DNA of 27,026 bases from an uncultured Gammaproteobacteria bacterium. GTDB taxonomy: Bacteria; Patescibacteriota; Patescibacteriia; Magasanikbacterales; UBA922. Positions 16,115-24,249 of this stretch are shown here, one piece after another (the stretch's first letter is position 1; every line of letters starts with the position of its first letter). Location: assembly GCA_964438795.1 (NCBI GenBank), contig CAYTKU010000001.1, forward strand, positions 1 to 27,026, in the 5' to 3' direction. The position numbers and the translations under genes were made by a program. The notes under the pieces are model-generated. The model did not search any database. It was not told the DNA's origin and worked only from the letters and a program-made list of their open reading frames with translations.

Positions 16115-16903
16115 ATGAAAAAATATTGGAATATATACAAAGTATTTTTGGCAAACTCATTTTCAGTTGAAGCGCAGTACCGCAAACATATTGTGCTCAA
16201 CCTGTTCACGAACCTGGCTTATATGGGCCTCGTCTTTTTGACCATTCACATTTTGTTTCAATATGCTGAAGCTATTGGCAATTGGACAAAAGGTGAAGTT
16301 TTTTTGCTCTCGACGATATGGATTATTGTGGATGAAATATGTATACTTTTTTTTGAACCAAATATTCGAAGTATTCCAGATAAAGTAACACGAGGAGAAC
16401 TTGATTTGTACTTTACCAAGCCGGTAAATTCCCTCTTTCTCATAACAGCCGAAAAAATTCAACTCAATAACCTCTACAAACTTGTCATCCAATTTGGAAT
16501 TTTAGGATTTATCCTCAATTATTTTCAAATAGATCTTGATCTTATATCAATACTGCTGAGTATATTTTTGATCGGATGTTCATCAATAATTTTATATTCT
16601 GTTTTACTTTTTTTGAATACCCTCAGTTTTTGGTTTTATAAAATCGACAATATTAATGGAGCTTGGTTTACTTTTTATGATTTTGGCAAATACCCACTCA
16701 ATATTCTTCCAAAATTTATGAAAATTTTATTTCTTACAGCGATCCCCATTGCATACACAGCTTATTTTCCAACACAAGCACTCCTCGGAAAAATTTCTCC
16801 AAGTGTTGTATTTTTTGTGTTTGGTATGACCCTGATCTTCTTTGTCCTCTCTCTGTTATTTTGGAGACATGCAGTAAAATCCTATACCAGCGCAAGCAGC
16901 TAA
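16115..16903 (+). CDS. ABC-2 family (DUF990) permease, type B copy 2
   Basis: VTRGELDLYFTKPVNSLF, GKYPLNILP, ends KSYTSASS. ATG 16115 preferred over TTG 16109. Confidence 0.85.
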   Translation: MKKYWNIYKVFLANSFSVEAQYRKHIVLNLFTNLAYMGLVFLTIHILFQYAEAIGNWTKGEVFLLSTIWIIVDEICILFFEPNIRSIPDKVTRGELDLYFTKPVNSLFLITAEKIQLNNLYKLVIQFGILGFILNYFQIDLDLISILLSIFLIGCSSIILYSVLLFLNTLSFWFYKIDNINGAWFTFYDFGKYPLNILPKFMKILFLTAIPIAYTAYFPTQALLGKISPSVVFFVFGMTLIFFVLSLLFWRHAVKSYTSASS

Positions 16904-16957
16904 ACCATATTCTCAATTTCCAAAAATACCAAAAACATGTATACTAAAGAACATACT

Positions 16958-17938
16958 ATGTCCCTCATTGAAGTCAAAAATTTGAAAAAAACGTACGAAT
17001 ATTACAAAAAAGCTCCTGGTCTTTTGGCGTCGATCAAAAGCCTTTTTCACCGTGAAAAACTTTTTACCGAGGCAGTCAAAGATATAAATTTTTCTATTGA
17101 ACAAGGTGAAATTGTTGGTTTTTTGGGTCCCAATGGTGCTGGCAAAACCACCACGCTCAAAATGCTCTCTGGAATACTTTACCCATCTGGCGGAGAAGCA
17201 ACCGTCCTCGGACATACACCATGGAAACGAGAAAAAGAATTTCAAATGAACTTTGCTCTGGTCATGGGACAAAAAAATCAACTTTGGTGGGATCTGCCTG
17301 CCATGGAAAGCTTTATCCTCAATAAAGAAATTTACGAAGTGCCTGATAAGATTTTTTCCGAAACCCTCGAAGAACTCTCAACTTTGCTCGATATCAAAAA
17401 ATTGCTTGACGTACCCGTACGAAAACTTTCCCTCGGTGAACGTATGAAATGCGAGCTCGTGGCAGCACTGCTCCATTCACCCAAAGTCCTTTTTCTCGAT
17501 GAACCGACCATTGGACTCGATGTAATCTCACAAAATAACATTCGCGAGTTCCTCAAAGAATATAACAAAAAGAAAAAAACAACCATTATTTTGACCTCCC
17601 ACTATATGGAGGATGTAGAAGCTCTCTGTGAGAGGGTAATTGTGATCAATCATGGTACGATTGTGTATGATGGAGGACTCAAGGCACTCCTCAATCACTA
17701 TGTAAAAACGAAAACTCTCGAAGTAAGCTTTACTTCATCAGTCCTCAAAAAAGATTTGAATGGTTTTGGAAAAATCAAAGAATGGAACAAACAAAGAGTG
17801 GTTCTCGATGTTCCAAAAGAACAGATAAAAATTGTTGCTGCGAAAATTTTGACCACCCTCCCCGTTGACGATATTCTCATCAATGAAATATCAGTAGATG
17901 ATGTCATCCGAACAATGTTTCAAGAGCAAAAAAAATAA
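16958..17938 (+). CDS. ABC exporter ATP-binding subunit
   Basis: Walker A GPNGAGKTT, signature LSLGERMK, Walker B FLDEP, H-loop TSHYM. Alternative start ATG 16937. Confidence 0.95.
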   Translation: MSLIEVKNLKKTYEYYKKAPGLLASIKSLFHREKLFTEAVKDINFSIEQGEIVGFLGPNGAGKTTTLKMLSGILYPSGGEATVLGHTPWKREKEFQMNFALVMGQKNQLWWDLPAMESFILNKEIYEVPDKIFSETLEELSTLLDIKKLLDVPVRKLSLGERMKCELVAALLHSPKVLFLDEPTIGLDVISQNNIREFLKEYNKKKKTTIILTSHYMEDVEALCERVIVINHGTIVYDGGLKALLNHYVKTKTLEVSFTSSVLKKDLNGFGKIKEWNKQRVVLDVPKEQIKIVAAKILTTLPVDDILINEISVDDVIRTMFQEQKK

Positions 17939-17962
17939 TATTATTCTCCATAACCCCACTCT

Positions 17963-19030
17963 ATGCCAACAAAAGGAAAAATGGACTTCCAAAAAATTAA
18001 GACAAAATTCTTTTTTGGACTCATCCTCATTTTTGCAATTGGATTTCTCTACCTGACGGCTCCCTACTCCTATTCTATCTTTTGGGCCGCCATTTTTGCG
18101 ATCATGTTTTATCCGCTCTATACCTTTATAGTGCACCATATCAAAATGCCAAATCTTGGTGCTGCAATAACCACAGTCATTGCTTTTGTGTCAGTCCTCT
18201 TGCCCTTGTTTGCAATAGGTCTGCTCCTGCTCAATGAAGCAAGTAATCTCTCAACAAAATTTGCTGCCTCTGAACAATTTAGTGATATGCAACAGCTTCG
18301 AGAAAGCGCCAGTGAGATTCCATATATAGGATCGTATATCAATGAAAACTTTTTACAGATTCAAGAAAAAGTTATCAATGGTGCCAAAGATATCAGTCTC
18401 TGGTTTGTAAAAAATCTTGGGACTATCACACAATACTCGTTTGGATTTTTCTTTAGTTTGTTTATCATGTTCTATACCCTCTTTTATTTTCTCAAAGATG
18501 GAAAAGAATTTTTGCACAAACTGCTCTACCTCTCTCCACTCGGAGATGAATATGAAGAAATGTTGTATGCACGCTTTACTTCTACTGCACGAGCAACACT
18601 GAAAGGTACATTCATCATCGGAGGTATCCAAGGGACGCTTGGAGGAATTTTGTTCTGGCTTACCGGGATTGAAGGAGCGCTGATTTGGGGCGTCATGATG
18701 ATCCTTCTCTCTATCATTCCGGCAGCAGGATCAGCTCTGGTCTGGGTGCCTGCTGGTATTATCATGCTACTCCTCGGCAATACATGGGAAGGACTGACCA
18801 TACTCCTCTTTGGTGGACTCGTGATCAGTACCATCGACAATCTGCTTCGACCAACACTGGTCGGACGCGATATCCAAATGCATTCACTTCTCGTGCTCTT
18901 TTCCACCCTTGGCGGAATTGCCCGTTTTGGCATTACTGGATTTGTTATTGGACCCATTATTACGGCCCTTTTTCTCTCTATCATCAGTATCTACGAACAT
19001 TATTATCAGAAGGAATTAAAGAAAAATTAA
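17963..19030 (+). CDS. AI-2E family transporter
   Basis: Multi-TM; ALIWGVMMILLSIIPAAGSALVWVP, IDNLLRP, LVLFSTLGG..FGITGFVIGP are AI-2E (PF01594-type) motifs. Confidence 0.9.
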   Translation: MPTKGKMDFQKIKTKFFFGLILIFAIGFLYLTAPYSYSIFWAAIFAIMFYPLYTFIVHHIKMPNLGAAITTVIAFVSVLLPLFAIGLLLLNEASNLSTKFAASEQFSDMQQLRESASEIPYIGSYINENFLQIQEKVINGAKDISLWFVKNLGTITQYSFGFFFSLFIMFYTLFYFLKDGKEFLHKLLYLSPLGDEYEEMLYARFTSTARATLKGTFIIGGIQGTLGGILFWLTGIEGALIWGVMMILLSIIPAAGSALVWVPAGIIMLLLGNTWEGLTILLFGGLVISTIDNLLRPTLVGRDIQMHSLLVLFSTLGGIARFGITGFVIGPIITALFLSIISIYEHYYQKELKKN

Positions 19031-19069
19031 TCTTCTCAGGAAAAAATCTGACACTATTCCTAAAAAAGC

Positions 19070-19097
19070 AAAAAATACCCTTCTCGGGTATTTTTTT
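19070..19097. terminator. bidirectional intrinsic terminator between the AI-2E gene and tRNA-Leu
   Basis: AAAAAA-TACCC-ttctc-GGGTA-TTTTTTT. Confidence 0.8.
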
Positions 19098-19098
19098 G

Positions 19099-19181
19099 TG
19101 TCGCAGGCGGGGATCGAACCCGCAAGACCTTACGGCCAAGGGATTTTAAGTCCCTCGTGTATACCATTCCACCACTGCGAC
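19099..19181 (-). tRNA. tRNA-Leu, anticodon TAA, CCA end not encoded
   Basis: Acceptor GTCGCAG/CTGCGAC plus discriminator A; D-arm GTGGAATGGTATACAC; anticodon stem AGGGA/TCCCT with loop CT-TAA-AA (anticodon 19148-19146); long variable arm; T-arm GCGGG-TTCGATC-CCCGC; followed by CAA rather than CCA. Confidence 0.97.
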
Positions 19182-19196
19182 TTATCGAACAGAGAG

Positions 19197-19225
19197 AATA
19201 TACCAAACTGACTTGAAAAAATCAA
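19197..19225 (-). promoter_or_regulatory. tRNA-Leu promoter
   Basis: Minus strand TTGATT (19225-19220), 17 nt, TATATT (19202-19197). Confidence 0.6.
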
Positions 19226-19241
19226 GGCAAACGGGTATAGT
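19213..19241 (+). promoter_or_regulatory. uppS promoter
   Basis: TTGAAA (19213-19218), 17 nt, TATAGT (19236-19241). Confidence 0.65.
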
Positions 19242-19264
19242 AGAGCTTCACAATTATTTTTTGT

Positions 19265-19960
19265 ATGTCCAATTCCACCCCTCCGTTTCAACACCTCGCC
19301 ATTATCATGGATGGCAACCGCCGCTGGGCCAAAAACCAAGGCCTCCCCAGTATAAAAGGTCATAGTGAAGGAGCCGAAACCCTGAAAAAAATTACAGAGC
19401 TCGCAGGAAATATGGGTATACCCTATATCACTTTTTATGCCCTCTCAACCGAAAACCTCAAAGGCCGTTCACCACAAGAGCTGAAACATATTTTCACTCT
19501 CATGGAAAGAATGAAAAAATATCTCAAAGATCTCAAAAAAAATGAGATCCAAATGCGATTGATCGGAGATATTGAAGCAATTCCAGAAAAAACAAAAGAT
19601 ATACTCAAAAACTTAGTCAAAGAAACCAAGCCTCACAAAAAAATGGTTTTGACCCTTGCTGTCAACTATGGTGGACGAGACGAAATCATACGTACCGTAA
19701 AAAAACTTTTGGGAAAAAAGCTTCGACCATCACAAATCACCGAACAATTTTTTCAAGAACATCTTGATACCAAAGATGTTCCTGATGTTGATATGGTTAT
19801 ACGCACTGGTGGTGATCAGCGTCTGTCAAACTATCTGCCTTGGCAAAGCACCTATGCTGAACTTTACTTCACTCCTACCTACTGGCCAGCCTTTGGTGAA
19901 AAAGATCTCCAAAAAGCCATTGATTGGTTTCTCGAACAAAAAAGAAATAAAGGCAAATAA
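19265..19960 (+). CDS. uppS: undecaprenyl (cis-polyprenyl) diphosphate synthase
   Basis: HLAIIMDGNRRWAK, GH..G, YALSTEN, NYGGRDEI, DMVIRTGGDQRLSNYLPWQSTYAELYF. Confidence 0.95.
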   Translation: MSNSTPPFQHLAIIMDGNRRWAKNQGLPSIKGHSEGAETLKKITELAGNMGIPYITFYALSTENLKGRSPQELKHIFTLMERMKKYLKDLKKNEIQMRLIGDIEAIPEKTKDILKNLVKETKPHKKMVLTLAVNYGGRDEIIRTVKKLLGKKLRPSQITEQFFQEHLDTKDVPDVDMVIRTGGDQRLSNYLPWQSTYAELYFTPTYWPAFGEKDLQKAIDWFLEQKRNKGK

Positions 19961-19977
19961 AACTTGAAACATAAAAT

Positions 19978-20010
19978 AAAAAACCGGTCACACGAAGCGA
20001 CTGGTTTTTT
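19978..20010. terminator. bidirectional intrinsic terminator between uppS and nrdB
   Basis: AAAAAA-CCGGTC-acacgaagc-GACTGG-TTTTTT. Confidence 0.8.
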
Positions 20011-20045
20011 ATATCCACGACAAGCGAATATTTTTTTTCTTCGTA

Positions 20046-21080
20046 CTACCAATCCAATGTTCCACCAACCTGATATTCTGTTACACGAGTTTCAAAAAAA
20101 TTTTTCTCTTTTGACAAATCAATTGCTTCACTCATCCATGGAAATGGGTTTGGGGTATGAAATTGTTCTGGAAGTCCAACACGAGACAGGCGTCGATCAG
20201 CAATATGCTCGATATACTTGGTAAAGCCTTCAGCATTCATTCCAAAAATTCCTTTTGGAAACACTGTATTGGCAAAAGTATATTCGAGTCGAGCCGCTTC
20301 TTTGACCAAATCAATAATATGCTGTTGAAATTCTGGAGTCCAGAGTTCTGGCTGTTCTTCTTTGATCGTATTGATCATGTTGATACCAAAATTGAGGTGC
20401 TGGGATTCATCGCGCATAATATATTGAATCTGTTCAGCGCAGCCCTGCATTTTATTTTGACGTTGAAACCCAAATATAACAGCAAATGAACTATAAAAGA
20501 AAATTCCTTCCATGATGAGAGAAAACACACACAAGTTTTCCAAAAATTTTTGATCATTTTCAAGTGTGCCAGTTTTGAAATCTGGATTGAAAATTCCTTC
20601 ATTAAATCCAAGAATAAATGAAGCTTTGTTATAGATCGCTTCGACTTCACGGTACATATTGAAGATTTCGCCTTCTTCAAGGCCAAGAGACTCTACAATA
20701 TATTGGTATGCATGTGTATGAATGGCCTCTTCATATCCCTGACGAAGCAAATACATGCGGCACTCAGGAGAAGTAATATGTTTGTACAGAGCAAGAACAA
20801 CATTGTTCGCAGCAATAGAATCAGCTGTGGTAAAAAATCCAAGTACAGTCTTGAGCGCTTGTCTCTCATCTTGATTCAAAAATGTTGGAGATTTCCACTG
20901 CTCAATATCTTTTTGCATGGCAATTTCTGTTGGAAGCCAGTGATTCGAATTTCCTACATTGTACGCATTCCAAGCAAACGTATGTTTCATTGGATAAAGC
21001 TGAACCACATCCGCATCTTTCCCATTGATAATACGACGGTTATTGATATTTACCTTTTCATTGGTCATTTTGATTGGCAT
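20046..21080 (-). CDS. nrdB: class Ia ribonucleotide reductase beta (R2) subunit
   Basis: Ferritin-like ligands D87, E118, H121, E191, E225, H228; radical Tyr125 (EEAIHTHAYQY); C-terminal NFFETRVTEY. Confidence 0.96.
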   Translation of the reverse strand: MPIKMTNEKVNINNRRIINGKDADVVQLYPMKHTFAWNAYNVGNSNHWLPTEIAMQKDIEQWKSPTFLNQDERQALKTVLGFFTTADSIAANNVVLALYKHITSPECRMYLLRQGYEEAIHTHAYQYIVESLGLEEGEIFNMYREVEAIYNKASFILGFNEGIFNPDFKTGTLENDQKFLENLCVFSLIMEGIFFYSSFAVIFGFQRQNKMQGCAEQIQYIMRDESQHLNFGINMINTIKEEQPELWTPEFQQHIIDLVKEAARLEYTFANTVFPKGIFGMNAEGFTKYIEHIADRRLSRVGLPEQFHTPNPFPWMSEAIDLSKEKNFFETRVTEYQVGGTLDW

Positions 21081-21155
21081 AGAGAAAATAGTTGTTAATA
21101 TTCAAAATACATGGAACAATATACACTTTGTATTGTTATCTCTGTATCTTGTATT

Positions 21156-24005
21156 TTACTGACAAGATTCACACGTTGGATCACTGATCTTGCAGAGTTT
21201 TACGCCTGTTACTGGATCAACGTCTGATGCCTTTGTAGCAGGAGAAACGGTTTCAGTAGCAGGCACAGGTGTAGGTGATACAGGTGCCGTTGTTGTAAAA
21301 CCTTTTCTCTCATGAGTTGAACCATATTGTTTGGTATCAACCGTAGATTTTTCTACTTGACTTGCTCCGAGAGTACGCAAATAATACGTTGTTTTGAGCC
21401 CCATTTCCCAGGCATACATGTAAATGTCACTAATTTCTTTTCCACTTTTACCACCATAAAAAATATTGAATGATTGACTCTGATCAATCCATTTTCCACG
21501 AGCGGCGGTCTGTTTGATACCCCAACGAGGATCAATGTCAAAAGTTTCTTTATATTTATCTTTGAGGTGCTGTGGAATTTCATCAATATTATTGATATTT
21601 CCATCAAAATATTTTATTTTCCCAAGCATTTCATAATCCCAAAGACCAAGTTTTTTGAGATCTTCTACCAACCATTCATTGACAATAATAAAATCTCCTG
21701 TTTGATTTGATTTTACATAAATATTTTTGTAGATCGGCTCAATACTTGGCACACTTCCATTGATCGTAGAAATCGTAGCGGTTGGAGCAATCGCCATACA
21801 GTTGCTGTTACGCATACCATATTTTTTGACATGCTCACGGACTGGTGCCCAGTCCATACTACTTGATCGATCAACCGGGATAGCCATACCACGCTCTTGT
21901 TCAAGAAGTGCAATCGTATCAATTGGAAAAATACCTCGATCCCATTTTGAACCTTTGTAGCTTTGGTATCGACCTCGCTCACGCGCCAATTCTGAAGAAG
22001 CCAAAATAGCATAATAAGAAATAGCTTCCATGCTGGTATCAGCAAAGCGCACAGCCTCTTCACTATCAAAAGGAATATCAAGAATATAGAGTGCATCTTG
22101 TGTTCCCATAATTCCAAGACCAACAGGACGATGCTTCATGTTTGAAACCTTTGCCTCTTTGGTTGGATAAAAATTCAAATCAATAACATTGTCGAGCATT
22201 CTCATGGCAAAATGAATAGTTTCCTGAAGCATAGCCTGATTCAATTTTCCATCAACCACATGTCTTGCCAAATTGACAGAACCAAGATTACATACGGCTG
22301 TTTCTTCAGCAGAAGTATTGAGAGTGATTTCTGTACAAAGATTTGAATTGTGTACCACACCAACATGATCTTGTGGAGAGCGAATATTGCACGCATCTTT
22401 GAAGGTCACCCAAGGGTGTCCTGTTTCAAAAAGCATGGTAATCATTTTTTTCCAAAGATCTCGCGCTTTCATGGTTTTGTGAAGACGAATTTCGCCTTTG
22501 CGAGCTTTTTCTTCATAGAGTTCATACTTTTCTTTGAACTCACGACCATAAATATGATGCAAATCTGGTGTTTCGTCTGGTGAAAAAAGTGTCCAATCCC
22601 CATCAGATTTTACTCGCTCCATAAAAAGATCTGGAATCCAATTACTGGTATCCATATCATGCGTACGGCGACGCTCATCTCCAGTATTTTTGCGAAGTTC
22701 AATAAAATCTTCAATATCCCAGTGCCATGTTTCCATATACACACAAGTAGCACCACGACGTTTTCCACTTCGATTGATAGCAACGGTCGTATCATTTGCA
22801 ATTTTCAAAAATGGAACCGTTCCTTGACTCTCAACACCTGTTCCTTTGATGAGAGCTCCTGTTCCACGAAGATTGGTCCAATCAGTTCCAACTCCACCAG
22901 ACCATTTGGAGAGCTGTGCATTGTCACCGTATACTTTAAAAATATGATCGAGTGAATCTTCTACGGTATTGAGATAACACGCACTCATCTGAGGATGCAT
23001 CGTACCAGAGTGAAACAATGTTGGAGTCGAAGGAGTATATCGCAAAGTAGAAATAATTTCATAAAATTCCACTGCTTTTTTTTCTTTGATTTCATCTTTT
23101 TCATTGAGTGCAAATCCCATGGCAACGCGCATCCAAAAAAATTGAGGTCCTTCAAAAATTTCTTTCGTAACAGGATTTGACGTAAAATAACGATCATTCA
23201 ACGTCTGCATGGCCATAAAATCCAAGAGATCGTCACGTTCAAATTTGAGCTTGGTCGCAAGAGAATTCAAATCAAACGTCAACATTTTTGGGTCAAGACG
23301 ATTCGCTGCCACTCCCTTACGAATACATTCTGGAAAAACTTCACGGAGCTGTTTTTCAAGAAGAGAAAAATCAATTTTGTCATGTCCAATAATATCTTTG
23401 TAGAGTTTCCACAAAAGAAGACGAGCTGCGACTTTGGAATACGCAGGATCTTGTTCAATCGAACTTCGTACGACCATGATCAAGCTTTTTGTAATATCCC
23501 TTGTACTAATATCTTCATGGAGCTCCAATCGGCATTGTTCTGCCAAAGCTTCAATATTTACTTCTTTTTCAAACCCTTTCGATGCATATACCAATGTTTT
23601 TTTGAGTTTTGCAAGCGAAAAAAGTTCTTTTTTTCCATCTCTTTTTGTGATATAGAGTCCTTCTTCTTCTATTTTTCTCTGAACTTCTTGTTTTTTTACT
23701 TCGCGGACCTTGCTATGTTCATAGCGATAAATAATATAATTTTTGGCTACATCAAAATAACCTTTTTCCATGAGAACATTTTCTACAGTATTTTGAACAT
23801 CTTCCACACCAGGAGTACGTTCTTTAAAATTTTCTTCCAAATGATTGACTACATCCTCTGTAATTTCAGATAAGAGTGCATCAGTACTCGAGCCAAAGAT
23901 ACTTTCAAACGCTTTTTGAAGCGCATGAAAAATTTTTTCTGGCTGAAACGCAACAATTTCACCGCTGCGTTTTTTGATTTGAGTGAGGGTGGAGACAGGA
24001 GCCAT
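21156..24005 (-). CDS. nrdA: class I ribonucleotide reductase alpha (R1) subunit with two N-terminal ATP cones
   Basis: Cones IKKRSG.. and ITKRDG..; PSTPTLF, MSACYL, SNLCTE, VCNLGS, IAPTATIS, TTYYLR, C-terminal CESCQ. Start at ATG 24005; the track's TTG 24107 extension covers the promoter and NrdR boxes. Confidence 0.96.
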   Translation of the reverse strand: MAPVSTLTQIKKRSGEIVAFQPEKIFHALQKAFESIFGSSTDALLSEITEDVVNHLEENFKERTPGVEDVQNTVENVLMEKGYFDVAKNYIIYRYEHSKVREVKKQEVQRKIEEEGLYITKRDGKKELFSLAKLKKTLVYASKGFEKEVNIEALAEQCRLELHEDISTRDITKSLIMVVRSSIEQDPAYSKVAARLLLWKLYKDIIGHDKIDFSLLEKQLREVFPECIRKGVAANRLDPKMLTFDLNSLATKLKFERDDLLDFMAMQTLNDRYFTSNPVTKEIFEGPQFFWMRVAMGFALNEKDEIKEKKAVEFYEIISTLRYTPSTPTLFHSGTMHPQMSACYLNTVEDSLDHIFKVYGDNAQLSKWSGGVGTDWTNLRGTGALIKGTGVESQGTVPFLKIANDTTVAINRSGKRRGATCVYMETWHWDIEDFIELRKNTGDERRRTHDMDTSNWIPDLFMERVKSDGDWTLFSPDETPDLHHIYGREFKEKYELYEEKARKGEIRLHKTMKARDLWKKMITMLFETGHPWVTFKDACNIRSPQDHVGVVHNSNLCTEITLNTSAEETAVCNLGSVNLARHVVDGKLNQAMLQETIHFAMRMLDNVIDLNFYPTKEAKVSNMKHRPVGLGIMGTQDALYILDIPFDSEEAVRFADTSMEAISYYAILASSELARERGRYQSYKGSKWDRGIFPIDTIALLEQERGMAIPVDRSSSMDWAPVREHVKKYGMRNSNCMAIAPTATISTINGSVPSIEPIYKNIYVKSNQTGDFIIVNEWLVEDLKKLGLWDYEMLGKIKYFDGNINNIDEIPQHLKDKYKETFDIDPRWGIKQTAARGKWIDQSQSFNIFYGGKSGKEISDIYMYAWEMGLKTTYYLRTLGASQVEKSTVDTKQYGSTHERKGFTTTAPVSPTPVPATETVSPATKASDVDPVTGVKLCKISDPTCESCQ

Positions 24006-24040
24006 AGGCCATAGAAAAATAAAAAATGAAACCGAATCAA

Positions 24041-24088
24041 ATACTATATATTGTGGTTTGTGTACACTATTACCACAATATGTAGTGT
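24041..24088. promoter_or_regulatory. tandem NrdR boxes
   Basis: ATACTATATATTGTGG (24041-24056) and CCACAATATGTAGTGT (24073-24088) both fit acaCwAtATaTwGtgt and lie 32 bp apart, upstream of nrdA. Confidence 0.8.
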
Positions 24089-24106
24089 TTGGTCTAAGTA
24101 CTGACA

Positions 24107-24115
24107 ATTATAACA
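24107..24115 (-). promoter_or_regulatory. nrdAB extended -10 promoter
   Basis: Minus strand TGtTATAAT; weak TTGGTC at 17 nt spacing (24135-24130). Confidence 0.65.
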
Positions 24116-24167
24116 TATTTAAAAAGCGTGACCAAATATGTCTTTTTTTTGCTGAAAAAAGGTTCTT

Positions 24168-24221
24168 TTGTCCACCACAGGTGGCATTGTACAGATGTTA
24201 TCCACAATTGATTGTTCATAA
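24168..24221. promoter_or_regulatory. DnaA box cluster
   Basis: Perfect TTATCCACA (24198-24206); 1-mismatch TTATGAACA on the minus strand (24221-24213); 2-mismatch TTGTCCACC (24168-24176). Confidence 0.6.
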
Positions 24222-24240
24222 CTTTTTTTCATGATACCAT
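24212..24240 (+). promoter_or_regulatory. ruvB promoter
   Basis: TTGTTC (24212-24217), 17 nt, extended TGaTACCAT (24232-24240); ATG 9 nt later. Confidence 0.55.
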
Positions 24241-24249
24241 TAGCCTACT

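Noticed and set aside
13717-19181. Genomic island integrated at tRNA-Leu
   Set aside because: No integrase and no duplicated tRNA 3' end were seen in the window; the neighbouring genes have ordinary composition.
20046-21080. Possible class Ic (Mn/Fe, radical-free) R2 because of Chlamydia-like sequence
   Set aside because: First ligand is Asp (TTADS) and the radical Tyr is present (HTHAYQY); class Ic has Glu and Phe.
21081-21155. Hairpin AACAATA/TATTGTT and short ATACA repeats between nrdA and nrdB
   Set aside because: AT-only 7 bp stem in an AT-rich spacer, not distinguishable from chance.
21156-24005. Intein or intron in nrdA
   Set aside because: The ORF is continuous at the usual insertion points (PSTPTLF, SNLCTE, IAPTATIS); extra length is explained by the second ATP cone and the C-terminal linker.
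24006-24107. N-terminal extension of NrdA from TTG 24107
   Set aside because: It spans the NrdR boxes and starts inside the -10 element; homology begins at MAPVSTLTQIKKR.
24168-24221. Replication origin
   Set aside because: Only one perfect DnaA box, no dnaA/dnaN nearby and no evident unwinding element; a regulatory role is simpler, though GC skew was not computed.
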